NCBI GenBank assembly: GCA_951406725.2
Contig: OX597827.1
Coordinates: 20,584,001-20,648,000 of the forward strand
Source: Octopus vulgaris
Taxonomy: Eukaryota
Reading direction: 5' to 3'
DNA length: 64,000 bases
The position numbers and the translations under genes were made by a program. The notes under the pieces are model-generated. The model saw nothing but the letters and a program-made list of their open reading frames with translations, had not been told where the DNA came from and searched no databases. This document shows, in pieces, positions 28,494 through 44,039 of this stretch (positions are counted from its first letter, which is position 1; every line of letters starts with the position of its first letter).

Positions 28494-29158
28494 GTGCGTG
28501 CGCGCATGTGTGTGTGTGTGCATGTGTGTGTGCATGTGTGTGTACATACACACACACATATATACACACACACACACACATGCACATATATAGATATAAG
28601 ACAATAGGTTCAAGATGGTAGGAAACCAGTTGACCGATGTAATGGTGTAGGAGTTGGTGGTGGTCAGAGGGTGTGAGTGGAGAGAGAGAGAGAGAGAGAC
28701 AAAAAGTTGATTGTGTGCAAGTCAGTCTAATTATGAAGGACATAAATATTTAATGGTTCAGTTAGACAAATTGTATCTTCAACAAAAGAGACTAACAATA
28801 GAGTTAACAACAACAAACACCTGACTAACAACAACAACAATACTTGACAACAATGACCTGTTCCTTGCCCACCACCACCACCTCTCTCACACACAACCGA
28901 AGAAATCAATATTGTAAAAACTCATCTCTCTCTACATGTGTATATATATATATATATACATACATACATATATATATATAAATATGCATGCTTCTAGGCT
29001 TTTTGGCTAAGTTCAAAGCATGTGGGGGTATGTGTGTGTGTATATGTAGGTGTGTGTATGTACACACACACACATACACACACATATATATGTATATATA
29101 TATACACAGACACATTTTACATCAATATGTACATATATATCTGTTTGAAAGAGCAACT

Positions 29159-29199
<41 letters not shown>

Positions 29200-29328
29200 A
29201 AAGAGAGAGTGATGAAGGTCGAGTTTACACGGTGGTAGAAGAGTTATTAGGTAAAAAGGAGACGGGATAAAATGCACAGCTGCGTGGGTGTAAGGTCAAT
29301 TTTATATATATATATCTTTTCTCTTTCT

Positions 29329-30406
29329 CTCTTTTACTTGTTTCAGTCATTTGACTGCGGCCATGCTGGAGCACCACCTTTAGTCAAGCAAATCAACCCC
29401 AGGACTTATTTTTTGTAAGCCTAGTACTTATTCTATTGGTCTTTTTTGCCGAACCGCTAAGTTATGGGGACATAAACACACCACCATCGGTTGTCAAGCG
29501 ATGTTGGGGGGACAAACACAGACACACAAACATATATGCACACATACATATATGCACATACACACACACACATATATATATACGACATGTTTCTTTCAGT
29601 TTCTTATTTCTTTATTACCACAAGGGGCTAAACATAGAGGAGACAAACAAGGACGGACAAAGGGATTAAGTCGATTGCATCGACCCCAGTGTGTAACTGG
29701 ATGGCGAGCTGGCAGAAACGTTAGCACGCCGGGCGAAATGCGCAGCCGTATTTCGTCTGCCATTACGTTCTGAGTTCAAATTCCGCCGAGGTCAACTTTG
29801 CCTTTTCATCCTTTTGGGGTCAATAAATTAAGTACCAGTTACGCACTGAGGTCGATATAATGGACTTAATCCGTTTGTCTGTCCTTGTTTGTCCCCTCTG
29901 TGTTTATCCCCTTGTGGGTAATAAAGAAATAGGTACTTAATTTATCGACCCTGAAAGGATGAAAGGCAAAGTCGACCTCAGTGGAATTTGAACTTAGAAT
30001 GTAACGGCAGACTGAATACCTATTTCTTTACTACCCACAAGGGGCTAAACACAGAGAGGACAAACAAGGACAGACAAATGGATTAAGTCGATTATATCGA
30101 CCCCAGTGCGTAACTGGTACTTATTTAATCGACCCCGAAAAGATGAAAGGTAAAGTCAACCTTGGCGGAATTTGAACTCAGAACGTAACAGCAGACGAAA
30201 TACCGCTAAGCATTTCACTCGGCGTGCTAACGTTTCTGCCAGCTCGCCACCTTCTTTCAGTTTCTGTCTACCAAATTCACTCACAAGGCTTTGGTCAGCC
30301 TGAGGCTATAGTAGAAGACACTTGCCCAAGGTGCCACGCAGTGGGAGTGAACCTGGAACCATGTGGTTGGTAAGCAAGCTACTTACCACACAGCCACACC
30401 TGTGCC
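29329..30406 (-). mobile_element. SINE family B interrupted by a nested stack of family A SINEs (29605-30251)
   Basis: The two halves match 11037-11427. The insert is flanked by the 14-bp duplication ttctttcagtttct (29591-29604 and 30252-30265). Confidence 0.88.
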
Positions 30407-30437
30407 TATATATATATATATACATATACATATATGC

Positions 30438-30477
<40 letters not shown>

Positions 30478-32186
30478 CAAATACATACACATAAACACTC
30501 TCGCTTTCTCACCTAAATACTCTTTCACTCATTGCTCATCCTTCTTTTGTTCATGTTATATAATAATATTTAGTTTAAATTCTAAATGTTAATATATAAG
30601 TTGTTATTACGACTATGTTCTTGGTGTTAGCTTTAGTCATATAACACCAATTTCTCTGTAATATGTCAGTGCATTAGCAACAGAACAGCTGATGTTGCTG
30701 GTGGTGGTGGTGGTGGTGGTGGTTGTTCAGTAATCAGGACACTATTTGAGATTTCCCTGTGATATGTGACCCGACACCACTTAATATTTATATAGACCCT
30801 TATGTTGGCCAGAGAGGATAACAGGTTCTCCTTGGTATAATTATTACTATTGTCATTCAGATTCTTGTGCATGTAACGTTTGAACCAAGTGCTAGAGTTT
30901 GCACTCCGTAATATGTCCTAGATGGGTGCTACATGTATATGTATATGTATGCATGCACACATACACACACACATGCACAACCCCCACCACATTTTGCACC
31001 AATAAAGAAATTGTGGATATATACTTGTAAACATACACAATATATATCAATAATGTAAGAGCTGTGAAATATATGGAAAGTATGCTTTGTTCAAACATTC
31101 TGATATGAAATTCAATAGTTGAGTGGGGAGGGTTAGAAATGTTAGTTATATGAAAAGTTGACAGTCCAGTCAGAGTTTGATTGTGGACTGGGCTGCTCTT
31201 GATTGTCACGAACAGTCCAACCTGACTGTCAACTTTTGACGCTATAAATGTATGTCATCATCATCATCATCATCGTTTAATGTTCATCTTCCTTGCTTGC
31301 ATGGCTTAAATGATTTGAGTGGATCTGGCAAGCCAGACGGCAGTGTCCTGCTCCAGTGCCTACTTTGGCATGGTTTCTATGGCTGGATGCCCTTTCTAAC
31401 ACCAACCACTTTGCAGAGTGTTCTGGATGCTTTTGCATGGAACCTTTATTTGTTTGACTGCTCCATTGTTGAACGGGAAAGGAGACAGTTTCTAAAAAAA
31501 TCAATTGTCACTGGACAATGAAAACAGTCACTTTGTGGTTCTTACTGGCAAACGAGAGACAACTTTTGGCTTCCTATTTACTTTTCATTGGAATCAAATT
31601 TCAGCTAAAATTCATGGAATGCTATTATCAGCCAATGTTATTCTATAAGTCTTTGATTTGTAAAAGTTTTGTCATTTCTTGCAAGTTGAACACATGTTTT
31701 TGCAATGGCAAAGCAACAGTTAGCCAGAGACCGTGACCAGAACATAAAAAAAAAGCACACTTCCTTAAGACTTAAACAAATGAAGCACTCCATCACAGAA
31801 TTTGTAGTGAGAACTGTAGAGTGCCACAGCTGGCTTCAGGTATAGATATTTTAATGTTTATGATAGTTATGGCCATACCATTGTTCCTGATCCTGGTACT
31901 TAGTATCTGTGTATAGAAAATAAAGTCAGAAATCTTAAACGCTAATATTTTATAAAATCTATTGAGGCAGATTGAGAATTTGTCAAAAAATTCAGACAAA
32001 CGCCTCCATACAAACATACCTATAGCATCACTGTCATCACCCTCATTCAACATTCCCCTTCCCATGCTGGCAGAGCTTTCATCACTGGAAGTCCTGCTCA
32101 ATGCCAACAACTTTACAGAGTGTGCTGAGTGTTCTTTATGTGGCACTAGTGAGCTCATTAAAAAAATATATATATATACATATAAA

Positions 32187-32496
32187 AGGGCACGTAAAAG
32201 ACACCATTCGAGCGTGATCGTTACCAACATCGCTTTACTGGCACCTGTGCCGGTGGCATGTGTAAAAAGATTCGAGCGAGGTCATTGCCAGTACCGCCTG
32301 ACTGGCCCCATGCTGGTGGCACGTAAAAAGCACCCACTACACTCTCGGAGTAGTTGGCGTTAGGAAGGGCATCCAGCTGTAGAAACTCTGCCAGATCAAG
32401 ATTGAAGCCTAATGCAGCCATCTGGTTCGCCAGCCCTCAGTCAAAATCGTCCAACCCATGCTAGCATGGAAGGCGGACGTTAAACGATGATGATGA

Positions 32497-32499
<3 letters not shown>
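32187..32499 (+). mobile_element. Family C retroposon
   Basis: Reverse-complement homologue ending in ggacgttaaacgatgatgatgat. Older copies near 3150-3340, 27110-27300, 31255-31440, 37495-37682, 40370-40490 and 50100-50270. Confidence 0.85.
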
Positions 32500-32540
<41 letters not shown>

Positions 32541-32939
32541 AATTGGTCACATCATTTATGTAGGTCATTTATCATGATCAGTTAACATTTATTTTCCATG
32601 ATGGCATGGGTTGGACAAATGTATACACACACATTTTTGTCCCTGGTTGATAATATATGCTTACTTTTTGTGTTGTTGGTTTTGAAAGTTACATATTATC
32701 TTACGAGTGGTGTGAACCTGTTATATAACATGTACATATTTGGTTTTTTTCTTTGCTGCTATGTCTTGTAATTCCAAAACAGTGTTTGTGGTTTTGACAC
32801 AGTTTACATCATTGATATGAATGGTACAGTTTGTGTCAAAACTACAATGATTTTCAATATAACAGCTGATGATGGGATTTTTAGGTTTATTTAAATGATA
32901 TACACACACATTTATACATACATATATCATAAAACAAGT

Positions 32940-33283
32940 CTTGTCACCCTCAACCGAAAAGTGCTAAGAACAATAGAGGAACAATATAACAACATCAAAC
33001 ACATGTCCTGGTTTTAGTACTTTCACTTTCATTGACACTGACACTACCACACATCGAGAAGGTTTATATGAACACCAACAGCTTTGTAAAATATCACACA
33101 GGACATGGCATCACACCATTTTCTGCCACGAAAATTATGGTGTTCATATAAACCTTCTCGATGTGTGACAGTGTAAGCATAAATGAAAGTGAAAGTACTA
33201 AAACCAGGACATGTGTTTGAATATTATTATATTGTTCTTAGTACTTTTCGGTTGGGGGTGACAAGAGTTTCGGACCACCCTGT
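32940..33283. mobile_element. Fold-back MITE of Tc1/mariner type, left tip missing
   Basis: About 130-bp imperfect inverted arms (32940-33078 and 33138-33265). The right end reads gtttcggaccaccctg-TA. Confidence 0.8.
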
Positions 33284-34049
33284 AGGTTATGGCGTATAAC
33301 TGCTCAGGATGTTACCATTGGTTTTCCATTGAATATTGCCACCAGACAATATTGACGTCTTTTCAGATATGCAGGCCAATGATAAAAAATATATTCCTGT
33401 GATATTATACTGAGCATAGTTTTGCTTTTTGAATTATGGTCAGCTAATTAACATTGTGTGTGTACATATATACATATACATATATACAGAGAGAGTAAGA
33501 TCAGTAAATATGTATGTATGCATAATTATACCATTATTATGTAATACAAACTATAAGGAAAATATATAATTAAAACAAAAGTTTATAACAAACACACACA
33601 CATATATATATATATATGCATGCCTATACATACATACAAATGAAAGATGAGAGAAAAGAAAACACATACATTTACAATAATATATGTGCATACAGAAACA
33701 CACACATCATATGGGTAGGTCATATCTATACAAGTACATCATATGTACCGTGTGTGTATTTATACATCCAGCCATCCATACAAATGCACAGATATATTGA
33801 GACACATACAATAATATATATCTCTTTAACTAAAAAGAAGACAATGAATAAATAAATTACTTGTGAATGTATAAAAAGAAAAAAAACTAGCATTTTCATA
33901 CATATACACATCAATTCATATAAATGCACACATAGATATGCTCATAAATTTATGTAAATACATACATATGCACACACACACGCACATCAATGAATTTAAA
34001 TGTACACATGCATAAATTCATAAGTATACAACAAAAACATAGTGTATGT

Positions 34050-34086
<37 letters not shown>

Positions 34087-37000
34087 ATATGTATTTGTCC
34101 AATTCTGGCTCAGCAAAGCCATTTTAATTGAAGACTCTACAACACTGAGACCGGCAGATATGTTGACAACACAGGAGGCCACAGTTTAACAAGAATAACT
34201 ATTACATTCATAATGATAATAATAATAATAACAATAATAATGTAGCATCATAGCAATTGACAATATTACATTGAAATATTTCAGTTGAACAATATTTAGG
34301 CTGGTATCCCAGGAATGCGATATTTAGCCATCACAATCACATCACTATCACACAACTACAGCCAGCACAATCAATCACATAGCTACAGCAAGAGACACTA
34401 TTACAATGATATATATATATATTTATACATATATATATATAGGTTGAATAGGTGCTGGGCTGGGATACCAAAGGGTTGATATTTAGTGAGGCAATATCGG
34501 GCTGAAAATAATGTGAAACAACAGCAAGACACCAATGAAAGCAGCTTAGAGGGAGGTGGAAATGATACGAGACTGAAGCTGGAGGTATGGTACAATAAAG
34601 AAAAGGTTTGAGATGAGCAACAGAAGCTGGAAGTATGCAACTGTGTGATAGATGGGCATTGTTAGTGAAACAATAGCCAGATGGTGATATAATAGATGTT
34701 TAAAGATGCTGGATGAATGAACTGATAAACAAAAGATGATAGGATGAACTGTTAAACACAAACTGAAGTAATTGAACAGTAAAAAGAAGCTGAAATAGGA
34801 TGGAAGTGTTAAGTAGTCATTGAGACCCTAAGGGTTGCTCGGAGACTGATGTAGGGAGTAGATGGCGTAGATGGCACTATAATTAAAGCCAGAACACAAT
34901 TGTTAACAGATACTGGAGAAATGACATTGTAAACAGAAGATGACTGAAAGAGACTATAAACAAAAGCTGATTGGAAGGAATTGATTTAAACTGAAGTTGA
35001 AGCTGTCAAGTCATTTATACAAGCAAGGACAGTAAAATCTGGTTGACACGAGCAATAGATATTTATATGACAGTGTTACAGAACTGGAGACCTTGAGGAC
35101 ATGAGCAGCAGCAGCAGCAGATCCGATACTATGACAGAACAAAAAAAAAAAAAGACACTATTATGCAAGACCAGTTGAAAGGCTGAAAACTGAACACAGT
35201 TATAGGATTGGAGGAAACCTGATCATGTGACCTCAGCAGGACATTTGATGTTATTACTCCAGGTTAAAGAAAATTGTTTTGGGTGAAGCTTTTCAGGTTG
35301 GTTTTGTAATTTCTTTGATATATTTTACTTATTTTATTCCAATGTGTCAAACAGAAATGGGTGTCAACATCAATCAATAAATTATCAAAGTTATTCACTC
35401 CCCCCGAGAAAAGAATGGGATATTCCACTAGTCACACATGTATGTGAATAACATTTACATAGCCTTAACTACCCACAAAACAGGGATTTGAACTCCACCA
35501 CAAACAAAGAGATACTTATGAATTATTTATACCTAGGTGGACTGTGCCTCTGCAATGATTTCTCTTCACCATTAAAGCTACCCCAACCACACCACTACAA
35601 CTATAGCCCCCATAATCACTACAAGCACACTAATAATAGTCATACTACTTCAACCACAACACTCAACTGCAACCACAACCATAACCACTTCTACAGTCAC
35701 ACAACTACAACCACCACAGCACAAGGTAGCTTCAGTGAGGGGGAGAGGAAGTCACAGTAATTTCGTTAATAAAAGAATCCTTTAACTATTGGTCATTTAC
35801 TACCATCCTTCAATTAATTTGTAGACAGGAAATTAATTAGTGACCACCGTAATATAGAAGTGAATGAGAGATTAGATGACCAGCTCATACATAGTCTTTT
35901 AGCCCCAGGCCAACTCTGATCATGTAAAATTATGATCAGACATTTCAGCCATGACTATCACTCTTAGGAGGATGTAGGACAAAGCAAGTTATGCATTCAG
36001 TAGGATATGAGTGGAGGGAGATTAGGCTGCTATTTCTACCAGATTGGTTGATTTCATAGAGGCTTGCTTGGTGGTATTGCTGGTGGAATGGGTTTCAAAT
36101 TTCCTGAAAATATGTGATTGTTTGTCTTGGCAGATTAATTCTTCAGATCTGAGTTTTGCAAACTGTAAGAGAACAGGTCGGTATGAAATCCTCTGAGAGT
36201 AAATGTTGTTCATGAATGACTAGCTTCTTATCCAGTGGGGAAACAGATTTCTGTGACATTTAATGCATTAGTTTCTAAAAATTATCCCTAGTTGGAAAAA
36301 ATTGAAGTAACTAACCCCTATAGGTATAACTAACAACAATGACTTTGTCATTGTTAATTACAGGTAATCATTAATCACAGGTGGAATAAATGATGGTCAT
36401 GGATTACTTTAAAGATATTCTAGGAATAAGTGAAATAACTAATGCTGGGATTTAATCCTGTATTAAACACTTTGTTTACTGGTAGCTTATCTGGGATTTT
36501 AGCATTCTTGCTAATAAATTCTAATCTCAAAGAGTCTTGTCTACCCAGGAGTCTAATCAAGAGAAATTTATGAAGACTAATATCCACCCCACCCACGCAC
36601 CTCCAAAATTTTCATTTTACCATTTTGTTTGATTCCAGAAATATCAGGAGTAAGATTTTAATTAGCATTTTTTGGAAGTCTATTGACTGGAGTTCTGCAA
36701 AAACCTCCTACTGGGTCTGTTACCTCTGGTGTTTGGGGTGGGGATGAGTTGTGTCAGCACAGGTCCTTCTTGATACTCACCATTATGGAATTGGTCAGTC
36801 TTCTCTCTTTAATTCATGGGAATCATAAAATGGAAATAAAATGTTTGTGATGAACATTGTTAATGGTTGGCACACACACACACACACACATGCACACGCG
36901 CACACACACACACACACACACACACATGCACACTGGTTTTAGAATTAGAAAAGGTAGAAAAATCCTGCTAGGTTTCTCTTCTTTTTTCAAAAATTTAAAG

Positions 37001-37793
37001 AGTTTCTTTCATAATGAGCTATTTAAAGACCCATTGATATTGATTTGCCTTTGTTGTTAATGAGAAAGAGGAACAGAACTCTGAACTGGCTGGGATGCCA
37101 AGTCAACTCTGCTAAACTGGGACAATCCAGGTCAGACAAGTGCATATGATAGCCCCTCATATAGATATATATATTTATACATACACTTCATACCCATGGC
37201 TTGCAGGGAAACTCTGAGTGCTATATTTGAATGCACCATATATGAATAATATATCAAATAGGTTCTTCTAGGTCAATGCTATTGAGGTCTTCTTCTTTCG
37301 TTGTTCCACATTCTGTCTCTCTTATTCCCCTTATACCTCTTGACTCACATCTCTCTCTCTCTGGATGGGAAAGCCATGTATTCACCTCTTCAGCAAAACA
37401 CCTGCTCCTGAACCTCTAAGTTTCTGATCTCTCCAGTCTACACCCTACACAGTTGAGAGGTCTTGTCTTGTGGGTACTTGGGGTCCTCATCAGGGCTGGT
37501 GCCATGTAAAAAGAACCCAGTCCACATTCTGTGAAGTGGTTGTCATTAGGAAGGGCATCCAGCTGTAGAAACCCTACCAAAACAGACATTGGAACTTGGC
37601 GAAACTCTCAGGTTCATCAGTTCATGTGAAATTGTTCAACCCATGCCAACATGGAAAAAAACTATAAAGGATGATGATGATATATGCATGAGATGACTAA
37701 ATATCTCAACAAATGTCAGAAAGCAGTCCTGGAGAAAACCCATTCAACACATGTGGGTGTGGAAACATGGACATAAAGTGGATGGTGATGATA

Positions 37794-38605
37794 TGAAGTG
37801 CATTCCAGAAGTTTTGATAATTTTTCGGGAGAGGCAGTTATCACTGTCTTACATTATTGCAATTTTAGTATATTATTATTATTATTATTATTATATATCT
37901 AATAAGCTGACCTGCCACCTTTTGTTATTCTAAATTGAAAGGGACAGCTGCAACCACGCTTTGATCCCACCCTACAAAACACTGCTTATCACAGCTGACA
38001 AGTTTGCAGAGTACAGTGAGGACGCGAAAACAGTATGGAAGCTCACTATGCCATAAATGGGGGAAAAAAAGCGAGAGATTTACAAAATTCTCCAATTTGC
38101 TTATGGATTAATTTGTTTTTTCAGTGACACATGAGGCCAGGCAAAGCATGAGGAAACCCTTCTTCAACAGCTAGGGCATCATCTATATCTACAGGGTTCC
38201 TTCTGACCAGATGGTCAATAGAGAATACTTTGTAGAGGTTTTGAAGAAGTTTGGGAAGAGATTTCATCACAAAAGGCCATGGCCCCTGCACCAGTACACA
38301 ATTCCATACTGACAATCAACAACTTGACAGAGGTGGGCATGAAAACTGTCCCTAACCCTCCTGCCTACAGTCCAGACATTGTTCCCTGTGACTTTTGGTT
38401 GTTCCCAAAGCTGAAGGAGAAGGTGGAAAAGGCTGTGGCAAGGGTCCTGGAACCCTGCACTTTGGAAGACTTCCATGGCACCCTTCAAGAAATGGTTGGA
38501 ACACTACAATGAGGAGTGCATTGAGTTCGGAGGATCTTACTTTAAAGGAGGTTTGAAATTAATGTCTCTCTTGAAAACATCTCAAAACTTCAGGAATCTA
38601 CCTTG
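37794..38605 (+). mobile_element. Degenerate mariner element, internally deleted
   Basis: ORF 38279-38512 has PAYSPDIVPCDFWLFPKLK (mariner YSPDLAPxD motif), then KKWLE...CIEFGGSYF in another frame. Decayed TIRs ttccagaagttttga / tcaaaacttcaggaa, with TA flanks. Confidence 0.88.
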
Positions 38606-38938
38606 TAAGATATGCACACAAATAAGCATGTGTGTTTACACACACACATACACACATACACGCACACACACACTTATGTAGAATTGATGTCAATATTAGT
38701 TTTCCTATAAGTTCATTTACGTTTCTGTAATTATTATATTTTTTCTTGTTTATTTTTCATGTGAGATTATTTCGGAAAACAAAATGAATAGCTTTTATAG
38801 AATCATGATAGTCGTTTGTTTGTCATGGTTTTCCCTTTGTTCTTGTAGCTATTATTATTGTTGTTGTTGCTGCTACAAGTTTTTCTATTTAATTGATTGA
38901 AAGCTGTGATGCAGAACAAATCTATCACCTTTCTTTTA

Positions 38939-38998
<60 letters not shown>

Positions 38999-39425
38999 CA
39001 CGCACGCACGCACACACACACACACACAGATGAAAATTTCTTTGTGATAGTAATGGAAGCAAACAGGATATTGAAAGCTTAGAACTTGGTAGAAAGCTAG
39101 TTTAATAAATTTGCATACGGATAGGTACATACACATGTATCTATATGCATATAGATGTATGACTGTGTATAAATGTATAAGTGTATACATATGCATATGG
39201 CAGAATATTTAACTTCACTTCTTATCTTCCTGCCTACCCACCTTCCTACTTACCTACCCATCCATCCATCTATCTATAATAGCCATAGGGGTTTGAAGAA
39301 CAGTTTTCACATTAAGTGCTCCACCAATTGCAGGCCTAACAAGAATAACTGGTTGAAGTTAGGGTAAACCTTGGCGTCATTCTGAAAATCCATGAGATAC
39401 ACTGGTGCAGAGAATCTATATAAAT

Positions 39426-39696
39426 AGAACAGATGAGAGAAGAGAGGTGAGAGAATAGATGTTTATTGTTTACAGCTGTTTCATATTCTTGTTAGTTGTA
39501 TAATTGATGTTACATCAACATTAACATGCATATAAAGTGTACGTACACACACACACACATACAAACACACACATATGTATATGTACACTTTATATGCATT
39601 TTGATGTAATATCTATCATAACAAGATTATAAAACAACTGTAAATGAATGTAATAAACATCTACTCTCACCTCACTTCTCTTATCTCTTCTGTTCT
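39426..39696. repeat. Imperfect ~120-bp inverted repeat around a (CA)n spacer
   Basis: gaggtgagag..tagatgtttatt...atgcatataaagtgtac mirrors gtacactttatatgcat...aataaacatcta.ctctcacctc. Confidence 0.75.
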
Positions 39697-39723
39697 ATTC
39701 ATATGTGAGTGTGTGTGTGTGTA

Positions 39724-39766
<43 letters not shown>

Positions 39767-40079
39767 GTGAAGTATATTTGCCATCTAAATATGGCTAACC
39801 ACAAAGGGTGGATGTTACTGTAGCTTGTAGCCCCAGGAGAACATCTTCTCCAGCTGGCTATTGACACACTTTCTGCTATTGCCACCCTTCCCATCGTCAA
39901 CTTACGTGATACACATGGACCAGGGTTTCTGGGTATATACCTCGTTCAGAGATTTATATATATATATATATTGGCCTGCTTGCTTAGCCAGTGGGGTGGC
40001 ATCATTTGAAGGCTAAAACAATGCGAAGTGCATCGTGACCAGCGATGTGTAGCAACATCTGATAGCCTGGTCGGTCACG

Positions 40080-40114
<35 letters not shown>

Positions 40115-40864
40115 AGGATTATATGGTGATACTTGAAGCTCTCGTTTGATGTTCTTTACAGTTGACCATAAATGCCAACAAGTCAAACGTAATTCTAAAC
40201 TTGTTGATCACATGAAGCCTTTAGATATGAAAACAGAATCTTGTTTGCCTATGTACAATTATAAAAGTTTTCACATTTCTAACATTAAGCTTGATTTCGT
40301 TTTGGACAAATAAAGAAAAACGAAAAAAATATCAGTATCTAGAGACACATCCACGTACATCATCGTTTCATCGTCAAAGCTTTAATGTCCATTTTTCCAT
40401 GCTTGCATGGGTCAGACAGAATTTGTGGAGGCAGATTTTCTACGGCTGGATGCCTTTCCTGTTGTCAACCCTCACCTGTTTCTAAGCAAAGTATTAATAT
40501 TCACAAAAGATAAGAAATGAAAGACACAACTTGTATGACAGTGAAACTCATTTTACAACAATCACACAGTCAAGTGAAGAAGAGACAAACAACCAAACAC
40601 ACATTTGACGGGTTTCTTTCAGTTCTTGTCCACTAAATCCCTTCACAAGGCACTTGGTCCAGGGCTATAGTAGAAGACACTTGCTCAAGGTACCATATAG
40701 TTAGTTGGAAAACAAACTTCTTAACTACACAGTCATACCTCAATAATATGTATTCAGCCAACCTGTGCTGGCATGAAAAACTGGATGTGAAATGAATGAA
40801 TATATCATCATCATCAGTTAATGTCCATTTTTCTAGCTGGTATGGGTTGGATCATGTGTGAGTA

Positions 40865-40911
<47 letters not shown>

Positions 40912-41453
40912 TTATATATTAATAGCAAAAAAAAGAAAATTTTTTGAGAACTTTATCATAGATCAAAGAAAGGAAGTATCTACATTTCCAACAAAATATG
41001 CTACAGGTTTCAATTGCTTAAAAATAACAATCTAGTCATGGTAAAATAAAAGGAAAATTTATTAAAATAAATTGAATTAATCTTTCATGATATTGGTTCT
41101 GGAATTCACATTTTTCTTTCTCTATGATGCAGAAACAATCAGAAGGAAACAAAATTTTAGCACCACCAGTGATTTTTGTAAGAAAATTCTGTCAACTTCC
41201 AGAACTGATTTCATGAAAGAGTAATTTGATTTAGATTTTATTTATTTTTTCCTTTTATTTCATTATGACTAAATTGCCTTTTTAAGCAATTAAAACCAGT
41301 CATGTATTTAGGTAAAAATACAAATACTGTCATTTTTCCATGATAAACTTCTCAAACCAGTTTCTTCTTCTTGTGTTTCAAATATAAATTTACTCATGAG
41401 GAATCTCTCAACCTTTTCAGTAATATATACACACAACAGATAGAGAGAAAGTA

Positions 41454-41531
<78 letters not shown>

Positions 41532-43257
41532 TGTGTGTGTGTGCAAGCTAATATTGACTTTCAGATACATGTCATGTTTGCTGTTCTCTTTAGGGTCCAC
41601 AGATTAAACACACACTCACGCATACGTATTTAAAAGTGACTTAACTTGTTGTTGTAACGCATATTTTAGAGAACGCAGGAATTAATTCTAACTCCCATTC
41701 TTTTGATGTATGTTAGCTTACAACTCTGCCCTCTTTGTTATGAAGCCTACACCATTTCCTGTTACACTTTTTAATATTTTACTCAATAGAAAGCACATTG
41801 TTTACCTTATTCTACCTGACAAAGCCAAAACACTTGCACTTTAAAGAGTGTTTGTCTGCCAATAGGACCAAATCTACTACAATTTCATATTTCCACCCAG
41901 ATAATTCTATCTCAAATTTAGATCTGTTAAACACGTAAATTCCTCCCCATCAACAGAGCTATTTAATTTTTTCATATTCTCTAAGGAAAATATAAACTAA
42001 CCACATCTCTTGTTATTGTTAACATCATCATCATCATTTAATGTCTGTGTTCCATGCTAACATGGGTGGGACAAAACCACAAGAGACAGCCATTATATAA
42101 AGACTTGTTAGTGAATTTGTTAGATGGAAACTGATTAAAGAAACCCTATCTATCATACACACAAACATTTTACATATATATCTATATATTATATATATAT
42201 ATATATATAGTAACAATGATAGAAAGAAATTTGATAGAATTAATGGAGGTACCTTTTCTTTATACACTGATATAAAAAAATCTTTGAATTCTACTAAGGA
42301 AACGAGATGGAAACTGCTTATGTTTTTTTTAATCTTGTTTGTTTTGTTGTTTGTCCTGTCTTTATATATGAGTACGTATTTGTGTGTTTGTTTGCACTTG
42401 TACTTGACAAAAGTCATTCACTCTGAGCAGTGTTGTTATCATGTCTCCTGTTAATTGTTCACTCACTTCATGTTCAATAAGAGATCCCTTATTTGTAAAA
42501 CAGGTAAGGACTAGGGACAGGAAAGGTATTTGACTGTTAGACATTGTCTCAATAATAGGTACTCATTTAACACGTGCTAGCATGGAAAAACAGATGTAAA
42601 ATGAAGGAATGAAAATATAAATACACACATATATAAAATGTAATACTGTACTATTTTGGTATAGAAATGTATTGTTACAGCATGTTAAATATTACAAAAA
42701 CAGTGCAATGTAAATGTTTGTTCATGCTAGCATTATCAAGGCTTTGTTTTACAGCTGGATGCCTTTCCTGTTGCTAACCCTTACCTGTTTTCCAAGTAAG
42801 GCATCTGTTATTTCATATCTTTAAAGGCACAAAGCAAATGAGTGTTTGTTGACAGAAGGAATGACAGTAACAACATCATGCATAGCGACTTTTGACCACC
42901 GATATAAGCAGACATATGCATACTTCTGCACATTTGTATGCGTATACATACAAAACAGGCTTCATTTAGTTTCCATCTACCAAATTTGCTTAAGGCCTTA
43001 GTCAGTTTAGACCCATTGTAGAAAACATATGCCCAGTGCTGCACAGTTGGACCAAATCCAAAACTACGTAAGTGGGAACTGAAATTCTTGATGATGCAGC
43101 TTTGTGGTTATATGTTTAAAGTTGAAAACAACTTAACATGGAATAGATTTCTTTTTTTTTATTTAAATGGAAGGACAAAATTATAGCCAACCAAAAGGAA
43201 AGAAAAAGCAACTAAACAACCGAACTGTGTACTTCTAAATTCTCTTCTAGATATATG

Positions 43258-43487
43258 TATTTCTTCACTACCCACAAGGGGCTAAACATAGAGGGGACAA
43301 ACAAGGACAGACAAAGGGATTAAGTCGATTACATTGACCCCAGTGTGTAACTGGTACTTTATTTATCGACCCCGAAAGGATGAAAGGCAAAGTCGACCTC
43401 GGCGGAATTTGAACTCAGAACGTAACGGCAGACGAAATACGGCTACGCATTTCGCCCGGCATGCTAACGTTTCTGCCAGCTCACCGC
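43258..43487 (-). mobile_element. SINE family A with target-site duplication
   Basis: Head ggcg..gagctggcagaaacgttagc and core gcctttcatcctttcggggtcgataaa. Direct repeat cttctagatatatg at 43244-43257 and 43488-43501. Confidence 0.9.
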
Positions 43488-44039
43488 CTTCTAGATATAT
43501 GACAACCTTTTAGAATGCTCAATAAATATGATCTAACATTTTAGAGTGATTAATGTGATTTAGGAAAATGGGACAATATTTTCTTGAATTGCTCAACATC
43601 ATGTAGTTATATAACCCTTACAGTTTTGAGTGCTCAGCATCCTATAGGCATACAACATACTATCATAATAATAGCTACTTGCCTCTCGATTTGTTTTTCT
43701 TCAATGAAGATTGTAGCAAATATGTGAAACTTTCAACTTGAAGTCAGGTGTATTTAAAAAACAAAAATTAATTTGATATTCACAAAATACATCTTGCCTT
43801 GTTGCCAGATACACTGAAATATGTAATTGCACAAATATTTATGCAGCTCTATTGTTATTACATTGAGAACTCTTGTTACATATCAACAATGTCTGCACAG
43901 ACAAATGGATGTAAATAGAACATTTACAAACTCACACACCAATTATGCTTGCATTCATCCCTGATGCATGTGTGTTTGTGTGTATATATATATATATATA
44001 CACATACAAACACATGTATGCACATATATCTTTTCTCTT

